Source: Vicugna vicugna (taxonomy: Eukaryota). From it: a DNA stretch of 64,000 nt. Positions 37,991 to 50,567 of this stretch are shown in pieces. A model generated the notes under the pieces. The model did no database searches, had not been told where the DNA came from, and worked only from the letters and a program-made list of their open reading frames with translations. Made by a program: the position numbers and the translations under genes. How positions within the stretch are numbered: the first letter of the stretch is position 1; every line of letters starts with the position of its first letter. The stretch lies in the NCBI GenBank assembly GCA_013265495.1, contig MU058636.1:9750176-9814175 (forward strand), in the 5' to 3' direction.

Positions 37991-38809
37991 AAGAAGCTCT
38001 TTTAAAAATTATTTTTCTTGAAACTGTGAATTGGAGAACCAGAGTGAATTTTATCAATCGGTAGATACGTAATTGAAAAATTCATTGATAAAAACATTGG
38101 TTTACTTTTTCCACCAGTATCAGCCTCCCAAGTAAGCTTACCACTGAGCCTAGATTCGGTACCATGGTTTGGGTATTGAAAAATGATAGAAAATAGTAAT
38201 GTTGGTGAATGAAGTTTCAAATGGAATTGGAAACGAATAATTTGGGTATTTTCACCCTAAATAACTAGCTCTATGGTGTGTATGTGCATGTTTGTGTGTG
38301 TGTCGTCTGTTGTAAAACTGAGCTACCTGTAGGCAGAACCTTAGGGAAGATTTCAGACATTGTACAACCACGAAAATATTGGCGTAAGAAAGACATTGGC
38401 AATATTTCTGAAACTTAAGTAGAATGGTAAGTTACACATTAAAAGATAAAGGTTAGTGCTTCAATAGGAAGGGCTCAACATACATTTATTGTTTGACCGA
38501 ATCTTTAGCAGGGATGGCAATAAGAAGAGAAATCATTTAATACGGAAACAGGAAGTGCTCAAGTTACTTGCTGGACTGATGGAGAAACAAACTGTTACTA
38601 AATGTCGTAAGCTTTATTCAACACTTCTAGGCTTATGGTTTCTTAAGTGGGCTCCAGAATTTGCAGTATTCATCCCATATTGACAAAGATGGTCTACATT
38701 ATCTGTATGTGACTTATAGATGATATGGCACTGGGCCAGCCTTGCGCTGGACCCCAGGGAGAGGACCCTGCTCTCTCCGCAAGTGAAGGCATCTTCCCAG
38801 CAGAGAAGC

Positions 38810-38957
38810 AGTGGGAAGTCAGGAGACCTGTACTGCCGTCCAGCTGTGGACCTAGTGAAAGTGACTTGTTATCCCCAGACTTTGGTTTCCTCTTCTGGAA
38901 CACGACAGGGTTAAATCAGAGGACCGCCAAGGTCCCTTCCTAGTCTGAAATTCTGTT
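38810..38957 (+). mobile_element. MIR3-like SINE
   Basis: tttggtttcctcttctgg...aaggtcccttcctagtctgaaattctg, MIR3-type 3' end. Confidence 0.6.
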
Positions 38958-41477
38958 CTCTTACACTTGGCCTAGAGAACAGCGCTATCCATTAAAAAAG
39001 GAATTTTGTCCTCTGTCAGGTTCTTCTGCCCCAAATATTTCAGGTCTTGACCTGTACACAATAAGGAGCAAGAAACACCTCCTTTTGATCCTGCGGTTAA
39101 AAATATTTAGTTCTTTGGTGTTTGAAACATTCTCTTTAACTAAATACTGTAACCTTGACATAGCTGGATTTGTGCTTAACTATAAACACATACTATTGGC
39201 AAGACCCCACGAAATAACTGGCTTACAGTGACCTTGGGGCTGGCAGCATAATAGCTCATTGTCATTCTGTGCCAGATAAGAGAGTTTTCCTCCTATTCAG
39301 CTGATTTTCAGCCGTTGTTGGGCGGTGGATAGTGGGAGCTTTAAAATGCTCAACGTCATCTGCTGGGATGTGAATTTCAGCTGCCTGTTTGGGGGAGCTA
39401 TTTTTAACCTCTTAATACATGATTAATGTGACCATTTTTCTCCTTATCACTGCCTTAGATTTAATTAACAACTGGTGTGATTACTGTTTCTGGTTGTGAT
39501 GTCAGACTATTAAGACTTTGAATCGTGAATACAGCCGTGTAGGTTAAAAATCCAACAAAGCTGCTTTTGACAGGACGAGATTATGAGTGTCTCTGTGGGC
39601 TAATGAGTTCTGAAAATCTGTTTGCAAGACCACAGAAGTTACTGATTATAAAGTAAGTGTAAGTGGTCCTGCCATTCAATTGGAAAGGACTATAACAAAA
39701 ATGAACTGTATTGCTCCACAAAACCTCATATATAAACTTAATGAGCAAACTTAACGAGCATTCCCACTATATAGAATAGGACTTGGAAAGGTTAGTGTTC
39801 AGCCCAGGTTTTTCTCTTTCTTTGTGTTTTCCTTTCCATATCAACCATGTAACTGAGGAAGGAAGGTGCTGACTGCACCCCAGTGTATGACTGTTCCAGG
39901 TAAAGACTATTTATTCCTCTCGAGTTAGAATCTGGTTAAGTGGTGATCCTATCCTTGGGGATAGGATCTTGATTTACCAAAACTGATAAAAATGTGTTTA
40001 GAGATCTCTGGGAAACCACATGACAAAATAGGACCTTTTAATCAATCTTCGAAAAGTAGACGTTAGCAGGAACTTACCATCTTTTCTTACTCCTTCCCAC
40101 TTGATTAGTCTCATCACAAATTAAAAACAATGCATCAACCAAAAATGTTTAATCCCCTTCTCATTTACCCAAACTAGCCCAAAGTGGGCATTCCCAGGAG
40201 ATCAAAGTTGCAGGACCTTGAAAGAGAAAAGAGGTGAGAATAAATTCATGGGAAGAGCTTAGTACAAGGTCTGATACATTTTAGATGCTCAGTAAAAATG
40301 GGAACTGTTATTAATAGCATAACATCTTTGACTTTGCCATTTGTCTTTCTGTTAATTTATTTCAGAGCAATCACACACCAGCCTTGTTTTCTCTCCTCTT
40401 CTTGCTGCTTAGGAATTTGATGCCTAAATTTAATATTCACTATAGCAAAATTCCTCTGCAAGTAATTAATTAACACATCCCATGAAGTTAGTTATAATGG
40501 GATTTTGACTATATCTCTGAAAACTGTACTGTTACATTTATGAATTAAAAGCCAGTTTTGAAAGGGGATTCAAAATGGAGTCGTTTATAGAATCAAAAAG
40601 CTGGAAGCTATTCAGAAGTTGATCGTTTGGGCTTTGAATGAATTTTAATCCAGACTCTGTAATAAATTTGTTTTGATAGTTTAGGAAACTTAATCATCTA
40701 CCTTAGTTCCTTCATCTGTGAGAATTATGGCATAATACAAGATTTGTTTTTTAAAACTATGGTAGAAGTGTACATTTCTGGAAGAATAACTCCAAAGTAA
40801 CGTTTATCCCTTCTTAGCGTAATGATGTAAAGTCGCTTCTGGCCCAAAGCAGGCAGACAGGTGACGCGGATTTTCATGGCGCACATGTCTCCGTGATTCT
40901 GTGATACTGTGATTCTGTGATTGTCCCAGGTTGGGTAATGCCACTGGTTCTGAGTAGCTAAAGTCTAGAGGGTATAAAGAGAAGGAATCATGGTTATGAG
41001 AGAAAAATAATCTAAACCTCCATTTTACCTTTCCAGAAGCTGATAAAATTTGCTTCTGTTCAAACATGAAAGAGTCCGTATTTTAGAAACCAAAAACATT
41101 TACTGGCTGATCACCAGCTGTGATCGTAGTGATGCCAAATCAAACTGGATACATGTTGCCCAGTACATAGAAGGCCTTCAGTCAATGTTTGTTAAATTAA
41201 ACCTGAGTATAAATGATGGCAAGGTCTTTTGGAAATAAAAAAATACTTAGAAAGATTAGATATCAATGATATGAGCCAAGTATTATTCAGGAAAAAATAA
41301 AGATTAAAGGGTAAATGGTTAGATTCCTAATCAATGATTCATGTCATAGGGATTTTCTCAGAAATATGTAATTAATGAATATAAAGACTTTGGACTTTAA
41401 AATGTTTTTCGAATGCATTTTTCTGCCTTTTAGCTTGTTTTGTGAGTTTGTACATTGCAGCTCTTTATCATAAATAT

Positions 41478-42650
41478 CAAAATATTTATGGGGTGACCAC
41501 CAGGTGTCAGATACTATTCTAAGCCCTGGGGAAGCAGAAGTGAACAAAACAGGAGAAAAATCATATCTTTGTGAAATCTACGTTAGAATTGGAGAGACAA
41601 ATAAATATGTAAATGACATAGTATATCAAAAGTAACAAGTTATATGGAGACAAGCGAAGCAGGAAAGGAGGGTAGGCGAATGCTTGGGGATGCATCTGAG
41701 CAAAGATGTGCAGAGGGAGGCAGGCAGTGAGCCCTGGGGGAACCCGGGGGACCGGCATCCCAGCGAGAGTGAGCAGCAGCTTCCGCACAGGTGCCATGCC
41801 CCAGGTGTTTGAGGGTGACAGAGGAGGTCACCATAGCTGGACTGGAGTGAGCGAGGGCGCGTAAGGCACTTAGATGGGGGTGGGGGTGGGGGTGGTGATG
41901 TGGAATCAGATCACATAGAGCTTTTAGGTCCATGTAAGAATTTGGGCTTTTCATCTGGGATGAGTGACCATTCAAGACTTTTTTTTTTTAATTGTGGTAA
42001 AATAGACATAACATAAAATTGACTATTTTAACCATTTAAAAATGTACAGTGCAGGGGCATCAAGTACATTCACATGGCTGTGCAACCATCACCTTCATCC
42101 ATCTCTAGAACTTTTTCGTCTTGTCCAGCTGAAACTCTATGCCCAGTAAACAGTGACTCCCTCTTTCCTCCCACGCCCAGCTCCTGGCAGCCACCATTCT
42201 CCTTTCTGTATCTATGAATGTGCCTACTCCACAGCCCTCACATAAGTGGAATCTTACATGTGTCCTTTTGTGACTGGCTTATTTCATCCATAGACGGACA
42301 CTTGGGTTGCTTCCATCTCTTGCCTATTGTGAATAACTCGGCTATAAACATTGATGTACAAGGATCTGTTTGGATCCCTGCTTTCAGTTCTTTTGGGTAT
42401 ATTCTCAGAAGTGGAATCATTCAAGGTTTTTGAACAGAGGAATGACAGTTTTCTTCCTGTATTACTCCGGCTATTGTGAGGCGAATAGGCTGTGAAAAGA
42501 CAAGAGTGAATTGAGGTGACCTGTGAAGAAGATGTTTATTATCGGACCTGGGTTACCTTTTGAAGGAAGAGCTCACGAGATTTTCTGGCAGTGAGGCTGC
42601 TGGGAGTGAGAAAAAGAGGTACCTCAAGGATGATTCCAAGATTTCTTTTC
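41478..42650 (-). mobile_element. L2 LINE interrupted by an L1 insertion
   Basis: aaatatttatgggg...ctaagccctggggaagcagaagtgaacaaaaca; taggtccatgtaagaatttgggcttt; resumes after the L1 as aaggtttttgaacagagg...caaggatgattccaagattt. Confidence 0.85.
41979..42417 (-). mobile_element. L1MB-type 3' end nested in L2
   Basis: Poly(T) then aattgtggtaaaatagacataacataaaatt...gtgcaaccatcacc...tcagaagtggaat; ORF 42238..42420 (IPLLRIYPKELK..CTSMFIAELFTI..WKQPKCPS) is the L1 ORF2 C-terminus. Confidence 0.9.
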
Positions 42651-43259
42651 CTATTATAATACTAAACATGTTCTTTCCAAGCCATTTTGGAATAAAAAAT
42701 TGACTAACGAAAGTTTCTTAATGGCCATATCTCTGCACATTTCAGTGGCATGATACATTATTTCCAGGGAAGAGTCAAGTGAGTACAGAGAAGTCTATGC
42801 ATTGACGTGACTCTCCAAAGGCATATACCTGCTGATGGATATATCACCACACATCATATATCACCAAATATATATATGCACACGTATACAGTAGGGCCCA
42901 CTGAGGTTTTACAAGGCTTACAGGAAGCAAGGGGGAAATGCTGTGTGCAAACATGGCAAAGCTTCAGCAATCATGACCCAGCATAGTGTGAATGCCTAGG
43001 CGTCTGACATAAGTTTGGCTTATTTTTGAACAAATACAATAGAGCTAATATCGAAATGTTGATTTCCAATTTAAAAAAATTTCATATTTAATGTTAACAA
43101 GGTCACACAGTGTTTTAGTAGGAAAATGCTAAGGGATGTGAATCAATCTGAGGTTCACTGGCTAGACTTTTGTTTCTCATCACTACTTCTGTCACACAAA
43201 TGCTCTGTAATTATTATTTGTGAAATAAATGCAGCTAGAAGTTCAAGGAAAAAAAACAA

Positions 43260-43430
43260 ACTTCCATTTCTTAAGCATCTGTCGTGTGCCAGGCATTGGT
43301 CTCAATCCTTTGCACGTCTTTTGTATTATCCCCAAAGCGCCTGGAGTCTACATGATTATTTTATAGATGGGGAGACTGAGTCTCTGAGAAGTGGACTTAC
43401 CTGTTCAAGATCACAGAGCTCGTAAGTGGA
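43260..43430 (-). mobile_element. MIR SINE
   Basis: gtgtgccaggcattg...ttttatagatggggagactgag...caagatcacagagctcgtaagtgg. Confidence 0.8.
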
Positions 43431-43954
43431 GAATATTTTTGAAACTAATAATCTGAGCTAATCATTTGCAGACTGGTTGAGAATGCAATGCCATAGTCTC
43501 CAAAGCCTGTTTATTGTATGCATGATGCAGCCAGAAGGCAGATGAGGAGGGAATTTTATCAACCCTTGTACCCACTTACGCCAGAGTGTCTTAGAATTGG
43601 GTGCTCTGGTCCATCCAAGCACACATCAGCTGAAAGAATGGCTTTTCAGAAGTCTGTGAGCTTTTGGGGAAAAAAAAAAATCTCCCCTTCCAAAAACTCA
43701 GTGTCATCACAGTTTTTCCAGAAAGGTTACCTGTGGATGACACGTGAGGCTGCTAGTTTTCACCATGTGTGAGTCCAGGGTGAAATATGCAATGTGAAAC
43801 TGATCGTGTCACTCACTCAAAATACATCCAAACTCCACGTACAGGCGCAAGGCAGCCAGGTGTCCAGGCAGCTAGCTTCTCTGGCTTGGCTTATCGAGGT
43901 AACTGCCTTCATAGGGCATGGAAAACCCGCCACACATTATAATTGGTGACCAGA

Positions 43955-44230
43955 ATTTCAGCAGTTTATTGACGGTGTTGTCAACTGCTGGTCCATTATT
44001 CTCTCTAGAATCACTGTCTCACGCTTTGGTTTCAGTGATCCTACACTTGCGTTCCTTCTCTTACTATTTTATCAACCTCTTCTTAGTCTGCCTAATGTGG
44101 ACTCACTCTTACTCACTTCTTAAAGTAAGTATTCCTAAATTTCTGTTCTTAGCTCTCTCCCTTGGTCCACTGCATGCTCCCCAGTGACGACTTTCTTCAT
44201 TTCCAAGGCTTAAACTTCAAATCTGTCCCT
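43955..44230 (+). mobile_element. L2 internal fragment
   Basis: tcagcagt...ctctagaatcactgtctc..ctttggtttcagtgat resembles L2 RT-region DNA. Confidence 0.5.
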
Positions 44231-45829
44231 TAACTGATTCCTTAGTACCACATTATTTTCAATAATCTTGTCACTATTTGAACTGTGATGTTATACACAC
44301 CACGTTGCTGAGTAACCCAGAGAAAGTCACACCTCTGACACAAACTCTCCTCTTTCGTGAGATGAAAGGGTTTATCTGGTCTCACATGTACATAGTCAAT
44401 CAAGGTTCTTGGTTGGAGAAGGAAACTTGAGCAGAAGGTGATTTTCTCGTAGGCTATCTGTGAGATCTTTAGAATTGCTAGTCAGGCTGGGGAGACAGAC
44501 TTAAGGACTGGAGTTCACATGAAATTACAGACAAGTCCTGCTAACGGGAAAGTTGAGCGTTGCTGACAGCCTCGCTCGGCAGGCAATGCAGCCACGACCC
44601 TGGACACTGCTGCCCCGACCACCATGACTGTGCCTCATGTGAGAGGAACTGACTCTACCTGGTCATCATCCTAGTAACACCCGCAAGACTCAGAGTCTCC
44701 AGCTGGCACATCATACTGGCTAATCCTGGCTCATGTTGCCGGTGCCCTGGGAGCCGGCAGAGGAAAGGTCCAGCTGACCCAACACACAAAGGGGATTTTG
44801 CCCCTTCACCCGTTCACGGGAATGGGGATTGGATGTGGGACAGACAGCAGATCCCTCTCCCAGTAAGAAACGTTCACCACGGATTTCTCACAGCTACCTC
44901 AAACTCAAGACATTTAAAGCAGAACACGGTTACCCAGGCAACTCGTGCCTGAAACTTCTGCCTCATGCAGTCAGGATAAGGAATCTTGCTTCAATAAATC
45001 AGGCTTTATTTTCATAGTTGCTTGGTTTTATTCAGTAATTGCATTGATCAGATTGCTCACTTTCCGATCACTTCTTTCTTTTCTTTTCCGGTCTGAGCAC
45101 ACAGGTTGCTGTGAGGACACGACTCATGAAGGAGTGATTTAGGGACTCAAGGCAATAAAAGCAGATCTCAAGGCAGAGCATCATTGATCCGGGACAAAAT
45201 AACCTTGCCTTGAATTCTTGCTCTTCTAGGTGATTTTCATGACTGTTTCTTCCTGGTAATTCTCAATGAGCTTCAATTACCAAGTAATGCTTTCTCAACC
45301 CCCGGAGCGGTGATGGCAGAGAGAAGAACGTGGTGATTAAAGGCTTACCTTCTATTAGAAAAGGAGAAACACTTTCTCCAGTCTTTTATTCTTTCACTGT
45401 GAAGCAGATCACAACACTCTCAACACTCCGAATCATCATTATCTTTTGAAAGTATATTTAATTCAAATATTTAAACATTTTCATGTGTTGATGAGGGAAA
45501 CATTCACTCAGTTAAGGCTGGTGTGTACCTATGGAAGTCTACAGGTGAAGAGGAGGTGAAGGTGTGTCATTGCTTGAATAGACGTATTTTCCTTTGCTTT
45601 TGATCGTGAAACTCAGCCTGTCCCCTGCAATCACGAAACAATAAAGGAGATAATGTGATGTTATTTGAACATCTATAAATATCCGCAGAGGAGAATAAAC
45701 GCCTTCACTACCTCTAAGCCCATGTGTGATGTGAATTTTCAGTGTCTAGCGGTTGTCACAGATGCGCTTTGTGGTTTTCAAACTTGAGATCTGATGACAT
45801 ACTGCCTGGGCTCGTCACTGAATTACCTA

Positions 45830-46110
45830 TTTGAAAAAGCAAACTATCCGTCATATTTGAAATTAGAACCTGCCCCTACCACCTAGGCATTCCTAATCCC
45901 TGACCCATCTCTGCTTTTTTTTTTCCTGTAGCAACCTGGAGCCTTCTAAAATACTAGATTTATGTGCTGTTTATTTTCTACTTCTTTCTGCTAAAGAGTA
46001 AGCTCTGTGAGGACAAAAGACATTTCTGTTTGATTCATTTATGTCCTAAGAGCTTCACACAGCACTTGGCACAGTCTAGGTGTGTAATTAACGTCTGTTG
46101 AATGGATGAA
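45830..46110 (+). mobile_element. L2 3' end
   Basis: agagtaagctctgtgaggac...cacagcacttggcacagt...tgttgaatggatgaa. Confidence 0.7.
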
Positions 46111-46357
46111 CACACAGCGCCCAGATGGCCCAGCTGTGACACCTGAGACGTGTGTCCCCGAGGTGTCTCCTCGCTGTGCCCAGTTCCTGGTGTGGTCCCT
46201 TCTCCCAGGAAAGTCTGCTCTTCCAAAGGTCTAAAACCCACCCACAGCAAGCCTGCAAAGAAAGGCTTCTCAGTTTGACGCACTCCTGATTCCTGCAGTA
46301 ATTGCGTTTTAGCAAGGACCACAAACTCAAGCTGAAAGAATACAATTCGGGGGAGAC

Positions 46358-47180
46358 TATTTTTTTCACAGCAGTTTTGTGTTCACAGTAAAACTGAGAG
46401 GAAAGTACAGAGACGTCCCATAGGCCTCCTCTCCCCACACAAGCCCAGCCTCCCTCACTATCGACAGCCTTCACTGGGGGGTATGTTTGTTACAACTGGC
46501 AAACCTACACTGACACGTCACAGTCACCCGAAGTCCACAGTACCATAGGGCTCACTCTTGGTGGTGTATGTTCTATGGGTTTGGACAAATGTATGATGGC
46601 ATGTCCAGCATTATAGCATCAAACAGAATAGTTTCACTGTCCTAAAAATCCTCTATGCTGTTCTATCCCCACCCTCCACAACTCCTGGCAGTTACTCATC
46701 TTTTTACTGCGCCCATAGTTTTGCCTTTCCCAGAATGTCATAGCCATTGGAATTATACAGTATATAGCCTTTTGAGATTGGCTTCTTTTATTAAGTAATA
46801 TGCATATAACTTTCTGCCATGTCTTTTCATGGCTTCACAGCTCATTTCTTTTTAGTGCTGAATAATATTCCACTGTCTGGATATACCACACTTTATTTAT
46901 TCACTCACCTACTGAAAGACATCTTGATTGCTTCCAAGTTTTGGCAACTATGAATAAAGCTGCTATAAACATCTATGTGCAGGTTTTGTGGGGATATAAG
47001 CTTTCAACTTCTTTGGATAAACACCAAGGATCACAACTGCTGGATCATATGGTAAGAGGATATTTAGTTTCAGAGGAAACCACCAAATTGTCTTCCAAAT
47101 AGCTGTCCCATTTTGCATTCCCAGCAGCAGTGTATGAGAGTTCCCGGCGCCTCCATTTTCATCAGCGTTTGGTGGTGTAG
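46358..47180 (-). mobile_element. L1MC-type 3' end (~820 bp)
   Basis: agcagttttgtgttcacagtaaaactgagaggaaagtacagag; gttttgcctttcccagaatgtcatag; gaataaagctgctataaacat; ORF 47070..47282 contains TLIHCCWECKMGQ (L1 ORF2 C-terminal region). Confidence 0.9.
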
Positions 47181-47537
47181 GAATGCAATTTCAGTTCCCA
47201 AATTTCCACCACAGTTTTGTCTTTGTGCTTGGCTTAGATAGCCTAGCAGGGGTAATTTTGGGTTGAAGAGAAATAGACTCAATCCCTAGGATCATTAAAT
47301 GGGATTCCTAATGTATGCATTTGTTGTGAACAGATGTTTGTCCAAAGAGAATTGTGCCCCCTTTTTCACGATTTTGCCGAAAACTATGTGTTACCTAGAA
47401 AACGAGATAAGCATAACTCATACTCTACTCATAAGGTGCTCTCGTATTTTCATCAACTGCTCTGAAGATCTAGCCTAACCATCTTTATGTGAGTTGCTTT
47501 TTATTTTGCTTTCTTTTTAAAGTCTATAGATCGTTTA

Positions 47538-47653
47538 CCATCATCACCACCACCATCATCATCACCATAATCTGAATCATCACTATCATTAGCATCAGCA
47601 TCGCCACCATCAGCATTATCAGCGCCGCCATCACCATCACCACCCCCATCATC
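47538..47653 (+). repeat. Degenerate (CAT/CAC/CAG)n trinucleotide repeat
   Basis: Directly visible. Confidence 0.9.
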
Positions 47654-48099
47654 CTATGGCATTTCATAGTGTATTGTTTTAAACGTCTTAACCAAATACA
47701 GTACAATCACACTTGTCTGAAAGTCATAACTGGAAACCTCCCTTCTTCTAGGTCAGGGGCCAAGCTTTCATTGGTTTTCTGTGTTCCAAAAATTTGGTAA
47801 AATCTTTCATGCTCTCTAGCTTTCTCTTTGCTCTTGTGGAATATAACTTTTTTTAAAAAAGCTCTTTGCTATCCTGCTAGTGGGATTTCAGAAAGGAATT
47901 CAAAATAAGAGGCAATCTGCCATGTTTAACTGGAACTCCAACCAGTACTTCTGCAAATGGTCCCTCTTGGAACCCTTGGACTCCACTTCAGTCCTGCTGG
48001 TTGATGGGAGTGACAGAGGGGAAGGTGGCAAGACAGTGAGTCTCTAATGATGCTTCAACTGGCATAGTGCTGTTTTGTCGGTTGTATATACTGGGTGTC

Positions 48100-48556
48100 T
48101 CAGGGTCCTAGCTTCCTGGGCTGCCATCACAGAATACTACAAACTGAGTGGCTTAAACAGTAGAAATTTATTCTCTCACGGTTCTAGAGACTACAAGTCT
48201 GAGACGGAGGTGTCGGCAGTGTTGGCTGCCCACAAGGGCTGCGAGGAAGAATCGGTACCCACCTCTCCTGCAGCGGCTGCTGCTCTGCCGTCCCTCATTG
48301 GCCTTGGTGTGGAGAGCATCACCTGACCTGCGCCCCCATTTTCACCTGGTGTTCTCCTTGTGTGCATGCCTGTCTCCAAATTTCCCCTTTCTATAAGAAC
48401 ACCATTCGTATTGGCTTAGAGCCCACCCTAATGAACGTATTTTAACTGGAGAAACTGTTATGGACCCTATCAGCAAACACAGTCATATTCTGAGGCACTA
48501 GGGTGAGGACCTCAACATATGGATTCAGTGGGGGACACAGTTTGACCCCCCGACAC
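48100..48556 (-). mobile_element. MaLR solo LTR (MLT1A/B/C-like)
   Basis: ggctgccatcacagaatactacaaactgagtggcttaaacag...cacagtcatattctgaggcactagggtgaggac...gggggacacagtttgaccc. Confidence 0.9.
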
Positions 48557-49220
48557 TCAGGAACCTGGGTATCATTCCTGGTACCTGACTCCTTTCCAGC
48601 TCTGCATCCAATCCATCACGTTCAGCTGTTTCTACCTTAAATACACTGAGTGCTTACCAAAGTGCATATTTGATTATATCTCTCCTCTTCTTACATCCCT
48701 CTACAGCTTCCCACTGCCTAGAGACACACGTAGGACACCTTCATGTGGCTTACATGCAATTTGGCTCCAGCCTTGTCTCTATTTTCTTCTCCCAGTGCCC
48801 TGAGCTGGGGCCAAATAGGAACTTCTTTCAGTTCTTTGGTTGCACCATACTCTTGCCTCTAGGCTTTGAACATGCCGTTCCCAGTCTGGAACCGCCCCCA
48901 GCCCCAACTCCCCAGACACTGACTCATGCTTTTGGGTCTCAACTTTAATGTTGAGCAGCTTCAGGAAGGCCAGCTCTCTGTAATAAGGCTGAATGGTGGC
49001 CCTCAAAAAGATGTGTGTCCATGTCTTGATTCCTGGAACCTGCCACTATTACCTTGTTTGGAAGCAAGGTCTTTGTAGGTGTAATTAAGTGAAAGTTCAC
49101 GGCGATGTCCACAGTGCCTGGCCCAATGCCTGTGGCACATCACATGTGCTAATATTTAATATTAACGCTGTGAATAATAATAACTTTTCTTGAATAAATA
49201 AATGAATGAATCAGTCAATG
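48557..49220 (+). mobile_element. L2 fragments with a nested MLT1 5' piece (~48980-49095)
   Basis: gaacctgggtatcattcctg...catccaatccatcac; ggctgaatggtggccctcaaaaagatgtgtgtccatgtc (MLT1 start); L2 tail gaataaataaatgaatgaat. Confidence 0.7.
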
Positions 49221-50515
49221 CTTCAATCTAGGCACTGTCCAAATGGTAGAGACTTGAGGGGAAGAATCCGAGGTCTGGCACCTGTGAGCACTCCACAGTT
49301 CTGACCTTCCTCGTATTTTAAGAAACTCGCAGTCCCCAGCAGACAAAATGCTCCCATCTGGTGAGACGCTTCAAAAGGCCCCCAGACGACATCACTCCCC
49401 CAAAATGAAAATAAATACAATCTAGTTTGGTTTTTACAAGGATTGTAAGGGATCCTTTTATCAAGACATTTGTCGAAATGTAATTTTTATGGAAAGCCGC
49501 GTGAGTTATTTAAAGTTGCTTTAAAAGGAATGACATGCTCTTTAACCTAGAGAATTCCAACTCTACCCAGAGGAGAGAACTGTAGTTTTCCTCTCACATG
49601 CAAAAAATCAGAAATACATGAGAAGATATGTGTTATCAAAGACTAAAAGAAAGCTAACAATGACAGGAAGGAATAATATTGAGTAAATTCATGAGTTCCG
49701 TGTCTGTTTACATCCCATTCTTAGAGCCGAACGTCATAACCACTGGTACTTCCTTGAATGGCCGGCTGCTTTTCCGTTCAGAAACTGCTCTTTCCCAGAT
49801 TCCTGTTGAGCAATCACTCCCACAACCCTGCCTCGTCTGCCATGGGAGGGGCTGACCAGAGTATCCCTTCTTCCTGAGTACAATGATTTGTTCCATGGTG
49901 GGTGTGCATTTCAGGGAAGCTGTCAAATTTATTTTCAGGGATTGCTGTGGATTTTAGGAGAAAGGGGCGATTTGATGGTTTTCTTTTCTTCCATGATTAC
50001 TGGCTGTAAAGACAGCGCAGTCTAGCTTCTAACGGCCATCGTATGGAGCCAGCGTGTGGTGACTGCCGGCCTGAGAAGGACACCGACAGAGAGGAAAAGC
50101 AAAGGCAGGAAAGAGAGATACAGAGCCTTGCTGGAGCTGCTGATGCCCTGGGATCCAGGAGCGCCTGTGACTCAGTTTGCCCTTAGACTACCCATATCTT
50201 CAGATTGAGATACAAACTATGAAGGGAGCTGGGCACTGTGATGGAGAGAGGAGGGGTGGAGGGACTTAACGAGGCTTTTAAAAAACTAATGCTCGCATCC
50301 ATGGCGGTGGGGTTGTCACTGGGCAGTGACTGTCCGTTAGGGACTACAGCGCCCAGCCCCCTGGCGGCTAAATGACAAGTGCCCTGTTTTTGCAAGTGGA
50401 ATGAGGGTGGGAATGAAGTGTGTCCCTTCGCTTGTTTCTTTTCTATGAATAGACTATTAAACCTTTTTGAGAGTCCATATGAATCATGCTGTTAACATCA
50501 TAAAATTAAGCAACT

Positions 50516-50567
50516 TTTTCCAGTTTTTTCTGACATATAATTGACATATCACATTGTACAAGTTTAA
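50516..50567 (-). mobile_element. Very short L1 3' terminus
   Basis: ttccagttttttctgacatataattgacatatcacattgtacaagtttaa; same family as 18103-18235. Confidence 0.7.

Noticed and set aside
47524..47706. Met/Val-rich hydrophobic ORF
   Set aside because: Translation of the (ATG/GTG)n repeat.
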